Of a stretch of 64,000 nt of DNA, positions 33,373 to 42,403 are shown in pieces. The stretch is from Treponemataceae bacterium. GTDB taxonomy: Bacteria > Spirochaetota > Spirochaetia > Treponematales > Rectinemataceae. The notes under the pieces are model-generated. The model did no database searches. It was not told the DNA's origin and worked only from the letters and a program-made list of their open reading frames with translations. Where the stretch lies: assembly GCA_963667725.2 (NCBI GenBank), contig CAXXHO010000003.1, positions 2,112,001 to 2,176,000 on the forward strand, given 5' to 3'. How positions within the stretch are numbered: the stretch's first letter is position 1; every line of letters begins with the position of its first letter. Made by a program: the position numbers and the translations under genes.

Positions 33373-34080
33373 ATGGTTCCAGGGAATGTCTATCTTTTCG
33401 GAGATTCGGTGGCAAGGGGCATAATCCTCGACGATGACGGAAGCTATACGCCCATAAAGGAGAGCTTCGCCACGCTCGCCGCCGAGAAGCTCGGCGTCCA
33501 CCTCGTCAACAAGGCCAGATTCGGCTGCACCGTCACGAAAGGACTCGACATCCTCCGTCGCTTCGTTTCGGGAGAAAGAGCCCCGGAATCCGGTCCGGAC
33601 AAAAGCAAAGGAGTCGCCATTCTGGAATTCGGCGGCAACGACTGCGATTTCCTCTGGGACGAAGTGGCCGCGAGCCCCGAAACCGACCATATTCCACTGA
33701 CGCCTCTCGATGTTTTTTCGCGCATATACGGCGAGATGATAGACGCCCTGCGCGCGAACGGACTCCAGCCCGCCATCATGAGCCTCCCCCCCCTCGTCGC
33801 CGAACGCTATCTGGCATGGATCACGCGCAACGGCCTGGACCGTGAAGCCATCCTGCGCTGGCTGGGCGGCGTGGAACAGATTTTCCGCTGGCACGAAGGC
33901 TACGATAAGGCCGTCAGGGCGGTGGCCGCGGCCAAGAACTGTCCGCTCCTGGATATCAGAAAGGACTTTCTGGCGCAAAGGGATTACAGGGAATATATGT
34001 GCGACGACGGAATCCACCCCAACAGGGCAGGACATAGGCTCATAGAATCGTCGCTGGAGAGATACGCCGCTTTGGCTTGA
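33373..34080 (+). CDS. SGNH/GDSL hydrolase
   Basis: FGDSV, FGGND, DGIHPN; GGAGG ribosome-binding site before ATG 33373. Confidence 0.9.
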   Translation: MVPGNVYLFGDSVARGIILDDDGSYTPIKESFATLAAEKLGVHLVNKARFGCTVTKGLDILRRFVSGERAPESGPDKSKGVAILEFGGNDCDFLWDEVAASPETDHIPLTPLDVFSRIYGEMIDALRANGLQPAIMSLPPLVAERYLAWITRNGLDREAILRWLGGVEQIFRWHEGYDKAVRAVAAAKNCPLLDIRKDFLAQRDYREYMCDDGIHPNRAGHRLIESSLERYAALA

Positions 34081-34140
34081 ATCAAGCTAAATCAGCTCGA
34101 ATAAGTCTGAAATTCGCGACGCGGGAGGATCGGAACCGGC

Positions 34141-35157
34141 CTAGGCCAGGCGCCATGCCAGTTCGGCGCCCGCACACATAGGGACGACACCGTCTATTTC
34201 GTCGGGCACCTTCCAAGCTTCGCGGCGGAGTCTTATCGTGCCTGTCGGGGAGGGAAGCCGGTAGTAGCGGGCGCCGTTGCCGGCCAGGAAAGGTCCGAGC
34301 GCTTCCAGAGCCCCCGCCGATTCGAAGAGACCGGCAAGCGCGGGAATGGCGGTAGGCGAGGAATAGATGCCTCCCGGCGCGCGGGCGCGCTCTTTGGCCG
34401 CGCGCGCGTGCGGCGCCGAGTCGCTTCCGAAGAAAAACTTGGGCGAAGCCGAAAAAGCGGCAGTCCGGAGCGCTTCCCTGTCAGCTGCCGATTTTATGAT
34501 CGGTTTGCAGAAAAGGTGAGGATTGAGACTGCCGCCCAGCATGTCGTCGATCGTGAAAAGCAGGTGATGGGCGGTAATTGAGGCCGCAAGTCTTTCGGGT
34601 CCGGAAGCGACGAAATCCGCCGCTTCCTTCGTGGACAGATGCTCGAGCACAACGCGAAGCCGCGGCCAGCGAGCCAGGATCTTCTCCAGCGTGGCGAGAA
34701 AGACGGTCTCGCGCTCCAGCGAAGGGGCGTCGGGATCTTCGCCGTGGATGGAAAGTATGATCCCGAAGGATTCCATGGCGGAAAGGGCTTCGGCCACGCT
34801 GTCGGGATTCGAGGGACCATCGGCCGCGTTGGTCGTCGCGCCGGCCGGATAGTATTTTCCCGCGATCGCTCCGGCCGCCCCGCATGCCTCGACCGTCTTC
34901 GCGTCCATTCCGGGAAGAAGCTTGAAGGTCATGAGGGGAGCAAAATCCGAAGCTTCCGGCAGGCAGCCGACTATCTTGTTTCTGTAGGCGACGAGCGAGG
35001 CGGCGTCGGCTATAGGCGGAAGCGTGTTGGGCATGACGATCGCCCTTCCGAAACAGGCGCTGTGGCGCCTGACATAAAGCGCCAGCGGATCGCCCTGTCT
35101 GAAGTGGACATGAAAGTCATCCGGCCTTGCCAGGACTATTTCCTTTGGGTCAATCAA
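34141..35157 (-). CDS. pyrC: Dihydroorotase, homodimeric E. coli-type
   Basis: PDDFHVHFRQ, VMPN, KYYPAGATTN, GSDSAPH. Confidence 0.9.
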   Translation of the reverse strand: MIDPKEIVLARPDDFHVHFRQGDPLALYVRRHSACFGRAIVMPNTLPPIADAASLVAYRNKIVGCLPEASDFAPLMTFKLLPGMDAKTVEACGAAGAIAGKYYPAGATTNAADGPSNPDSVAEALSAMESFGIILSIHGEDPDAPSLERETVFLATLEKILARWPRLRVVLEHLSTKEAADFVASGPERLAASITAHHLLFTIDDMLGGSLNPHLFCKPIIKSAADREALRTAAFSASPKFFFGSDSAPHARAAKERARAPGGIYSSPTAIPALAGLFESAGALEALGPFLAGNGARYYRLPSPTGTIRLRREAWKVPDEIDGVVPMCAGAELAWRLA

Positions 35158-36832
35158 AGCGAACCTCCAGAAGGGATACGTCGTCCTGGAAATGATCGAC
35201 GGCGGAAAGCGTCGAGAGTTTCTTTTGAAGCTCTTCTATGCTCGTCTTTTCATGGGGAATGCCCGACGCGACCCTTTCCAGCAATTGGATGAAGGCTTCC
35301 AGGCCTAGAATTTCCCCTTCCCTGGTAAAAAACTCGTAGATGCCGTCGGAAAAGAGGAAGAGGCGCGATTCTTTCGGCACTTGTATTTCCAGTTTTCTGT
35401 AGACGGCATCGGGATCGGCTCCGGCCACCATGCCTTCAGCCTTCAGCTCCACGGCTCCGCCTCCCTGGACGATGAGCACAGCCGGCGGGCTGCCCGCCGA
35501 CGCGTGGGTGAGGATTCGCGTCTTTTCGTCCCAAACCCCGTACCAGAGCGTGAAGAGCATATTGTTGCGTTCTTCCATGCGAAACGCGTGGTTCAGGCCC
35601 CGCATCACCGCCACCGGATCGCTGAAATCCACGTTCTTCAAGCCTTCGGTGCGCAGGACGTCGAAGATGGTCACCGAGTAGAGGGCCGACTGCAGGCCAT
35701 GACCGCCCACATCGATCATGAAGAAGACCATCCGGCCGTCGTCGAGCCTGTGGTAGCCGAAAAGGTCGCCGCCGAGGCTGGCTGACGGGATGAAGGTCCA
35801 GTCCGTCGACATCGTGGCGCCCGAGATCTTCCCGGGCAGGAGACAGCGCACGTATTCGGCGCCCTTTCGCAGTTCTTCCTCCAGCGATGCTCTCGTGCGC
35901 GCCAGCGCCGCGATATAAAGCTGCCGTCTCTCCCGCAGCCGCTTCCGCTCGATGCTCGATTCGATGCGCGCGAGCAGGACAGAAGGTTCCACGTCCAGCC
36001 TGAAATAGCCATCAGCCCCGAGCTGTATCACGCGGGCAGTGCATTTCGACTCCGAGAAAGGCGAGAGGACGATCATTCTGGTATCGATAAATTCTCCGCA
36101 GGATTTCAGGAATTCCTGAAGCTCAAAACCGGCGAAACCGGCTGAGAACATATCCCCGACCAGGACATCGGGCAGGGAAGCCCACCTCGATTCGTCGGAG
36201 GCGTGTTTCCTGGAGAGAGTATAGGTGCCAATCGTTCCGCTGGAGATATGGCGCACGACAGCGGCGGGCGTTTCGCCAGCGGTCGGCATTTCGTCCGAAA
36301 ACCCGAAGGCCGAAAAAAGCTCGGCGGGGGAGGTGGCGATGAGGACCTCATGCCCGAAACGTCTCAATAGCCCGGCCACGTTTTCGGCGAGGGAGGGCTC
36401 CAGGGCGAGCAGCACCCTGCCCGGCTTCGCCTGCGCCACCTTCTCCGGCGGCAGGATTTCGCCATCCTGAAGGTTGGTGGAGATCGGGTCCATCTGCCTT
36501 ATGCCCATTCGCGACGCGAGAGTCCTGGCGTCTTCGATGGCGCGCGACGTCAATGTTCCGGCCGCCTCGAGCTCTTCATCGTCAAAGACCTTGAGGGAGC
36601 GGTTCAGAAGGGAAATTATCCTGAAAACAGGGTAGAGGGCGAGGTTCTGTCCGCTCCGCAGGCTTTCGGACAATACCGAGGCGAGAAGTCCCGCTTTTTC
36701 GGCGTTCTCGAACGAAGAAGAAACCGCCCCTGAATGAGCGATGCCTGACAGGGCCGTCAAATGATCGGAGATATCGTGTATGAGCGTTTCCGCTTCAAAA
36801 TCGGACGAAGACTGTCCTTCCTTGGCAATCAT
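35150..36832 (-). CDS. SpoIIE/RsbU-type PP2C phosphatase with an atypical receiver domain
   Basis: LGGDLFG, IDVGGHG, FSDGIYE, QDDVSLL; start placed at ATG 36832 rather than the 947-aa frame. Confidence 0.85.
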   Translation of the reverse strand: MIAKEGQSSSDFEAETLIHDISDHLTALSGIAHSGAVSSSFENAEKAGLLASVLSESLRSGQNLALYPVFRIISLLNRSLKVFDDEELEAAGTLTSRAIEDARTLASRMGIRQMDPISTNLQDGEILPPEKVAQAKPGRVLLALEPSLAENVAGLLRRFGHEVLIATSPAELFSAFGFSDEMPTAGETPAAVVRHISSGTIGTYTLSRKHASDESRWASLPDVLVGDMFSAGFAGFELQEFLKSCGEFIDTRMIVLSPFSESKCTARVIQLGADGYFRLDVEPSVLLARIESSIERKRLRERRQLYIAALARTRASLEEELRKGAEYVRCLLPGKISGATMSTDWTFIPSASLGGDLFGYHRLDDGRMVFFMIDVGGHGLQSALYSVTIFDVLRTEGLKNVDFSDPVAVMRGLNHAFRMEERNNMLFTLWYGVWDEKTRILTHASAGSPPAVLIVQGGGAVELKAEGMVAGADPDAVYRKLEIQVPKESRLFLFSDGIYEFFTREGEILGLEAFIQLLERVASGIPHEKTSIEELQKKLSTLSAVDHFQDDVSLLEVRFD

Positions 36833-36919
36833 TACATTCAATATAACGATTATGACGGCATCAAGTAAGTCCTGCCGATATCGGTTGACCAAACGAAAAA
36901 CAGACCCTACAGTAGCGCT

Positions 36920-38203
36920 ATGTACAAGTATATCGTCGAAGGCGGCCACCCCGTAAAGGGCAGGGTCGTCGCGTCCGGCAACAAGAACGCGGCCCTTCCC
37001 TGTCTCGCCGCGGCGGTCCTCGCCGGAGGCCCCGTAACCCTCAGGAATATTCCCGAAATTGAGGATGTGGCCGTCATGATCGAGGTGCTTAAGCATCTCG
37101 GAGCGAAGGTCAACCGCGTCGGTCCCCACGACTGGCTCATAGATTCGAGCACGATAACGCGGCAGGACGTGCCCGCCGAACAATCGCGCAAGGTAAGGGC
37201 TTCCATACTCTTCGCCGGCCCGCTTCTGGCCCGCTTCGGCCAGGCCATCCTCCCTCCCCCCGGAGGCGACACCATCGGCCGAAGGCGCATCGATACGCAT
37301 CTTCTGGCGCTCCAGGAACTGGGCGCCCGCATCACGATGGACGGCGTCCTGCGTTTTTCGGCGGCCAAGCTGAAGGGAGCGCCCATCTTCCTCGATGAAG
37401 CCTCGGTCACCGGCACAGAGAACGCCATCATGGCGGCCGTGCTCGCCGAGGGCACGACGGTGCTGCGCAACGCGGCTTCGGAGCCTCACGTCCAGGATCT
37501 CTGCCTCATGCTCAATTCCATGGGAGCCCTGATCGATGGCGTCGGCTCCAACATGCTCACTATACATGGCGTCGCCGACCTCAAGGGAACAGACTATAGG
37601 ATAGGACCTGACTATATGGAGATAGGCTCCTTCATAGGGCTGGCCGCGGTGACTCACGGCGAGATCACGATCGATGGCATAGACCAGGAGGACCTTCCCC
37701 CGCTCAGGGTCGGTTTCGGCAGGCTCGGCATATCCTGGGAAGTGAAGGGAGACAGTCTCTTCGTGCCGAGCAATCAACTCATGAAAGTGACGGCCGATCT
37801 CGGCGGCCAGATCCCCAAGATCGACGACTCGCCCTGGCCTGGTTTCCCTCCCGACCTCACGTCCATAATGACGGTCGTCGCTACCCAGACCGAAGGCACG
37901 GCCCTCATTCACGAAAAAATGTTCGAATCGCGCATGTTCTTCGTCGATAAACTGATCGGCATGGGCGCGCGGATAGTCCTCTGCGATCCCCATCGGGCGG
38001 TCGTTTCCGGGCCCGCGCGCCTCTCCGGCGCCCTCCTGGTCTCACCCGATGTGCGCGCGGGCATGGCGATGGTCATCGCCGCTCTCTGCGCCGACGGCGT
38101 GAGCACGATCCAGAACGTCTACCAGATAGAAAGAGGCTACGAGCGCATCACCGAAAGGCTCAAGATGCTGGGAGCCCATATCGAGCGAAGCGAGGACTGC
38201 TGA
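36920..38203 (+). CDS. murA: UDP-N-acetylglucosamine 1-carboxyvinyltransferase
   Basis: [35 protein letters not shown]. Confidence 0.95.
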   Translation: MYKYIVEGGHPVKGRVVASGNKNAALPCLAAAVLAGGPVTLRNIPEIEDVAVMIEVLKHLGAKVNRVGPHDWLIDSSTITRQDVPAEQSRKVRASILFAGPLLARFGQAILPPPGGDTIGRRRIDTHLLALQELGARITMDGVLRFSAAKLKGAPIFLDEASVTGTENAIMAAVLAEGTTVLRNAASEPHVQDLCLMLNSMGALIDGVGSNMLTIHGVADLKGTDYRIGPDYMEIGSFIGLAAVTHGEITIDGIDQEDLPPLRVGFGRLGISWEVKGDSLFVPSNQLMKVTADLGGQIPKIDDSPWPGFPPDLTSIMTVVATQTEGTALIHEKMFESRMFFVDKLIGMGARIVLCDPHRAVVSGPARLSGALLVSPDVRAGMAMVIAALCADGVSTIQNVYQIERGYERITERLKMLGAHIERSEDC

Positions 38204-38211
38204 GTTTAGGG

Positions 38212-38286
38212 TTACGCACAGAATCCGCACATAGATTCCACAGCTTTTACTGGGGTTATCCACATCTTGTCAGCGGGTTATCCACA
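38212..38286 (+). promoter_or_regulatory. DnaA-box cluster (2 perfect, 3 degenerate, helically phased)
   Basis: TTATCCACA at 38256 and 38278; TTACGCACA at 38212, ATCCGCACA at 38223, GATTCCACA at 38234. Confidence 0.6.
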
Positions 38287-38953
38287 GGTAGCCTAGGCCT
38301 CGCGATGAGCGGACGCAGTCCCCAAGGCCGGGGTGAAGCCTCGATAGCTTGGCTTTAAGCCGCGACACCCTCATGGAGAAAGCTCGCGTTTTTCCGTCGC
38401 GGGGCAGGGTCGCGGCTCCGGCATAGCGGGTATCCGACGCGACAATCCTTCCGGGAACCGCCAGGAAAAGGCGAAATATTTCCGCTTCCGTCGCCGAGAG
38501 GAGTTCGGTGGTTTCGCCTCCCTTCGCGGCCAAATCCTTCCAGACCAGAGCGAGTCCGCGCAGTGCGAGCAAGCCTTCCCCGCAAAGGATCACCGGCTGA
38601 ACCAAGCGGTATAAGCGGGCTTCCAGCTCGAGTCTCGTCCAGCCTTCGCGCATGAAATCCGACGCGCCTGCCTCATAGCAGGGCAAGGCCAGATCGCTGC
38701 TCCCACAGGCTATGACGGGTATCGGAATGATCGACCTTTCCCGCTCGAGCAGAAGGGATCCCGGGATTACGCAGACATCATAGACACCAAGTTCCTCCGA
38801 TTTTTCGGGAAGGCCTTTCGCTTTTTCGATGGAAAGGAGAGGAGAAGAAAAGGCCGCCTCGCCTTCGGGTGCCGCCTCTGCGCTCAAAAAAGAAAAAGGT
38901 TCTTCCCGTTCGACGAGAAGAACCTTTATGGGCAAAAATTTCATGCCAGCCAT
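38270..38953 (-). CDS. OmpR-like winged-helix regulator with a degenerate receiver domain
   Basis: GASDFMREG..ELEARL; LSATEAEIF; RVSRLKAKL...SSRGLGY. Confidence 0.7.
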   Translation of the reverse strand: MAGMKFLPIKVLLVEREEPFSFLSAEAAPEGEAAFSSPLLSIEKAKGLPEKSEELGVYDVCVIPGSLLLERERSIIPIPVIACGSSDLALPCYEAGASDFMREGWTRLELEARLYRLVQPVILCGEGLLALRGLALVWKDLAAKGGETTELLSATEAEIFRLFLAVPGRIVASDTRYAGAATLPRDGKTRAFSMRVSRLKAKLSRLHPGLGDCVRSSRGLGYLWITR

Positions 38954-38977
38954 TTCGGCCTCGGCCGACGCAAGTCC

Positions 38978-39697
38978 TCAAGGGGTTGGGTTCTGCGACC
39001 CATTCCCGGCTCCGGCGTCCGACGTGAGCATCTTGCGCTTCAGGTCCTCAAGGAGGGAATCGGCGGCCATGGGCGAGGATTCAAGCGCCGCGAACTGCTT
39101 CTCCAGGGTCGCCCCGCTGGAGGCGTCCTCGAGTTCCTTCTGGGCTTCCGTCCTCGCTTCCAGTTCGTCGATTTTCTTCGCCATGCGGTCGAAGGTATCG
39201 AAGGCGCTTTTGTTGCCCTGAAGGGACGACATCGTCTTGTTGATCTTGTCCTGGGCTTCGGCGCGCTTGGCCCGAGCTATCAGGATATTCTTCTTGCGTG
39301 AGGCTTCCTCGATCTTCGTCTGCACATCGCGCAGGGAAACTTTTAGCTTTTCGACGGATTCCTTCTGGGCCTGCCACTGCGTTCCCAGCTGGCCGACATA
39401 GGACGAGTGTTCTTGCTGCCTAAGGAGGGCTTCCTTGGCAAGGTCATCCCTTCCCGCCCTGACGGCGAGCATGGCCTTCTTCTCCCAATCCTCTGCCTTG
39501 GCCCTGTTCTCGACAACCTCGCGCTCGAGCCGCTTTTCGTCGGCGATGGCCATGGCCACCGCTTTCTTGGACTCGATGAGCTGCTCGTTCATGTCGATGA
39601 TCATCTGGTTGAGCATTTTCTCGGGATTCTCGGCCTTGGCGATGAGATCGTTCATATTCGAAGAGATGACTGTCTTCAACCTGTCAAAGATACCCAT
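38978..39697 (-). CDS. pspA: PspA/IM30 family protein
   Basis: MGIFDRLKTVISSNMNDLIAKAENPEKML, WEKKAMLA...DDLAKEAL, AFDTFDRMAKKI. Confidence 0.93.
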   Translation of the reverse strand: MGIFDRLKTVISSNMNDLIAKAENPEKMLNQMIIDMNEQLIESKKAVAMAIADEKRLEREVVENRAKAEDWEKKAMLAVRAGRDDLAKEALLRQQEHSSYVGQLGTQWQAQKESVEKLKVSLRDVQTKIEEASRKKNILIARAKRAEAQDKINKTMSSLQGNKSAFDTFDRMAKKIDELEARTEAQKELEDASSGATLEKQFAALESSPMAADSLLEDLKRKMLTSDAGAGNGSQNPTP

Positions 39698-39700
39698 ATG

Positions 39701-40096
39701 TTATTCCTCCTTCTTGGCTGCGAACTGCGAAAGCAAGGGATAATGCTGGCTCAAGGCGAAGGCCATCGCTTCGATGGAAGCTCTGAACTCGTTCTTGTCC
39801 ATAGTCTCATACTCGATGGTGTCGAGGGCTACGACTTCATCGCCATCGAGGGCATAGGCGCCATGGAGGAAATCGGTCCCATTGAGGTGGAGCAGGGTGG
39901 AAAACAGTTTTTCACGGTCTTTTTCCGGCACCGGCATGACATCGGCGCGAATGACGACGATGGGGTCGGAATGGCTCACCACCATTTTAGGCAGACCTTT
40001 GGCCTCATCTTCGATGAGCCAGGCTCCTTTGGACAATTCCTGATAGGAAATGTCGAGGTCAATAAGATATTGCTCGACTTTAGACAAACCTAACAT
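39701..40096 (-). CDS. CesT/YbjN-like chaperone-fold protein
   Basis: 131-aa acidic protein with LFSTLLHLN..FLHGAYALDG; directly upstream of pspA. Confidence 0.7.
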   Translation of the reverse strand: MLGLSKVEQYLIDLDISYQELSKGAWLIEDEAKGLPKMVVSHSDPIVVIRADVMPVPEKDREKLFSTLLHLNGTDFLHGAYALDGDEVVALDTIEYETMDKNEFRASIEAMAFALSQHYPLLSQFAAKKEE

Positions 40097-40161
40097 GCTT
40101 TTCCCTCCCTTGGGTTCCGGAGCCCGTCCGTATCGGTCGCGCGGCTTCCGAAAGCCGACAT

Positions 40162-40713
40162 TCAGCCCAATTCCATGTCGCCATCAGGCATGACCGTGAT
40201 AACGGCCTCGCATATATGGCAACGGCTTCTGCCCGGTCCATCGACCCCGAGCGGCGATGAACATGCGGGACATATAGCTGTCATGGGGAAGATGTCGCGC
40301 TTCATCCCCTGAATATACTCCAGCGCATATCGCAGGTCCAAGGCCGTGGAGAAAAAATTATTTAAACCCAGGGTTTCCAGAAAGCGCTGCTGTTTCGGGC
40401 GCAGGCTGTACAGTACAAGGTCGCCGCCCCTGGCCCTCATCCGCTTCTGGAGGGCCACAAGGAACCCCGCTCCGGCGGAAGTGATGTCATCGATGCGGGA
40501 AAAATCGAGAAAGAGAATTTTGGCGTTTCGGCCCAGGCCAGCCACGATATCAGCGTTGAGCGCTTCCACGCGTCCGGCGTCGAGTATTCCCGCGGGATGG
40601 CAGCAAAGACCCTCGGGCATCTTGGGCAGAAGTTCGCAGAGGGAATCGGTTTCCCGTAGCGAAGAATCCGCGGAGGCCGAGAGTTGGGCGCGGGCAAGCA
40701 GTCTCGAAGGCAT
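40162..40713 (-). CDS. STAS domain (anti-sigma factor antagonist) protein with a C-terminal zinc ribbon
   Basis: LDFSRIDDITSAGAG with the phospho-Ser motif; CPAC...CHIC. Confidence 0.8.
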   Translation of the reverse strand: MPSRLLARAQLSASADSSLRETDSLCELLPKMPEGLCCHPAGILDAGRVEALNADIVAGLGRNAKILFLDFSRIDDITSAGAGFLVALQKRMRARGGDLVLYSLRPKQQRFLETLGLNNFFSTALDLRYALEYIQGMKRDIFPMTAICPACSSPLGVDGPGRSRCHICEAVITVMPDGDMELG

Positions 40714-40806
40714 GAAAGCATCGTAGCGCCCCGGGCTTTTCTTGTCAAACCGCCCGCGGGGCGACGGAAGCCGAAGAAAATTTTATCTGGCTCGCTCCGG
40801 GACATT

Positions 40807-41592
40807 TCAGGGCGAAAAACCGGCGTCCAGCGATACGACGGCTCCCGAGGCGATGCAGGGATCCCTGTCCATCAGATCCAGGGCGATGGCGGCCACTTCG
40901 GCCGGATCGGAAAGTCTGCCGCCGGGGGCCATCAGGGCGAGCGTCGATGCCTCGGCCGAGCCGATGTACTCGGTGCGGACGATTCCCGGGCATACGGTTA
41001 CCGCGGCGACATTGTGCGCCGCTCCTTCGATGGCTATCGACTTGGCGAGGACCCCGAGCCCTGTTTTCGCCGCCGCGTAGGCCGCGTTGGAAGTAAAGCC
41101 GCGGATGGTGTCGGTGCGCGTCCCGCCGAAAAAGAGCATGCGGCCGAAGCCGCGATCGCACATCGCGGGAAAAAGCCGGCTGGCGAGGGCTCCCGGCAAG
41201 GCCAGGTTGAGAAGCGCCATTTTTTCCCAGTCGGAAAGGCTGTAGGCGGCGAAGGGTTTCCTGACGAAAGGTCCGAAGGCCACGACAAGTATGTCGAAAA
41301 CGTTGTCGGCGCCCAGGACGGCGAGAAGAGGCTCGGGCGAATCCAGATCCAGGGCCAGTCCCTCGGCTTCGCCGCCGCCTTGCCTGATCGCGGCGACGAG
41401 ATCGCCTACCTTGCCTGAAGTTCTGCCGTGGATAAAGAGGGAAGTGCCTCTGGCGGCGAGATCTAGCGAAACAGCCCGTCCTATGCCGCCCGAGCCGCCC
41501 ACGACGAGGGCGCGCCGGCCGCGCAGGACGGAATCCCGCCGCGCCACAACTGTCTTTCCTTTTTCGATATCGGCTTGTTTCCTCGGTTCCAT
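40807..41592 (-). CDS. SDR family oxidoreductase
   Basis: GGSGGIG, YAAAK, VCPG. Confidence 0.85.
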   Translation of the reverse strand: MEPRKQADIEKGKTVVARRDSVLRGRRALVVGGSGGIGRAVSLDLAARGTSLFIHGRTSGKVGDLVAAIRQGGGEAEGLALDLDSPEPLLAVLGADNVFDILVVAFGPFVRKPFAAYSLSDWEKMALLNLALPGALASRLFPAMCDRGFGRMLFFGGTRTDTIRGFTSNAAYAAAKTGLGVLAKSIAIEGAAHNVAAVTVCPGIVRTEYIGSAEASTLALMAPGGRLSDPAEVAAIALDLMDRDPCIASGAVVSLDAGFSP

Positions 41593-41647
41593 GGCGATAC
41601 TATATGACGCCTCTCGGGTACTAGCAAGGCGATTGTTGGAGGACGGG

Positions 41648-42403
41648 ATGAATCCTGTGGGCGGACAGGGCACGGACCTTTCCATAGTACTCAGCCGGGT
41701 GACGGGATCGGACAACGTCGGCTCTATATGCAGGGCGATGAAGGCCATGGGCGTCGAAAAGCTCCTGCTGGCCGGCTGTCCGGAATATGACGAGGAAAGA
41801 GTGCGCATGATGGCGGTTCACGCCTACGACATTTTCGAAAAAGCCAGGCGCTTCGCGACGCTGGAGACGGCGCTCGGGGAGTTTTCTCTCGTCGCCGGAT
41901 TCTCCCGCCGAGGAGGAGAAAAGCGGAAGGAAGGCTCGGAAGCGCTGAGAGATTTCGTCCAAAGCGCGAACAGTCGCGGTCCTTGCGCCCTGGCCCTCGT
42001 CTTCGGCAATGAGAAGGACGGGCTCTCAGACGCCGAGCTGAACCTCTGCAGTCTCGCCGTCCACATCCCCACATCGGAATCCTGCCCGTCGCTCAACGTC
42101 GCGCAGGCGGTGCAGATCGCCTGCTGGGAGTTTTTCGCGTCGAACGCGGCCGAAAAGTCATCGGCTCGGAAGCCGCCCGCGGTTCCCGCCACGAGGCTGG
42201 TCGTCGATTCCGATATCGCGCTGATAGTCGAGGCGCTTTCGAAAAGGGGTTTCTTCAGAAAAAGCGATGACTCGTACGCGCGGCATTTCCTGAGAGATCT
42301 TTGCGAGAGGGCCGGGGCCAGCGCGAAGGAAGTCGACTATCTCAGGCGCCTCTTCCTCAAGGCCGACGCCCTCGCCTCGCGACATCCTTCAGACCCGACA
42401 TGA
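41648..42403 (+). CDS. TrmJ/LasT-like SPOUT RNA methyltransferase
   Basis: NVGSICRAMKAMG, LVFGNEKDGLS, PSLNVAQAV. Confidence 0.85.
   Translation: MNPVGGQGTDLSIVLSRVTGSDNVGSICRAMKAMGVEKLLLAGCPEYDEERVRMMAVHAYDIFEKARRFATLETALGEFSLVAGFSRRGGEKRKEGSEALRDFVQSANSRGPCALALVFGNEKDGLSDAELNLCSLAVHIPTSESCPSLNVAQAVQIACWEFFASNAAEKSSARKPPAVPATRLVVDSDIALIVEALSKRGFFRKSDDSYARHFLRDLCERAGASAKEVDYLRRLFLKADALASRHPSDPT

Noticed and set aside
36833..37993. N-terminal extension of the 947-aa minus-strand ORF
   Set aside because: It is the antisense shadow of murA; a -10 element and ATG at 36832 give a coherent PP2C gene.
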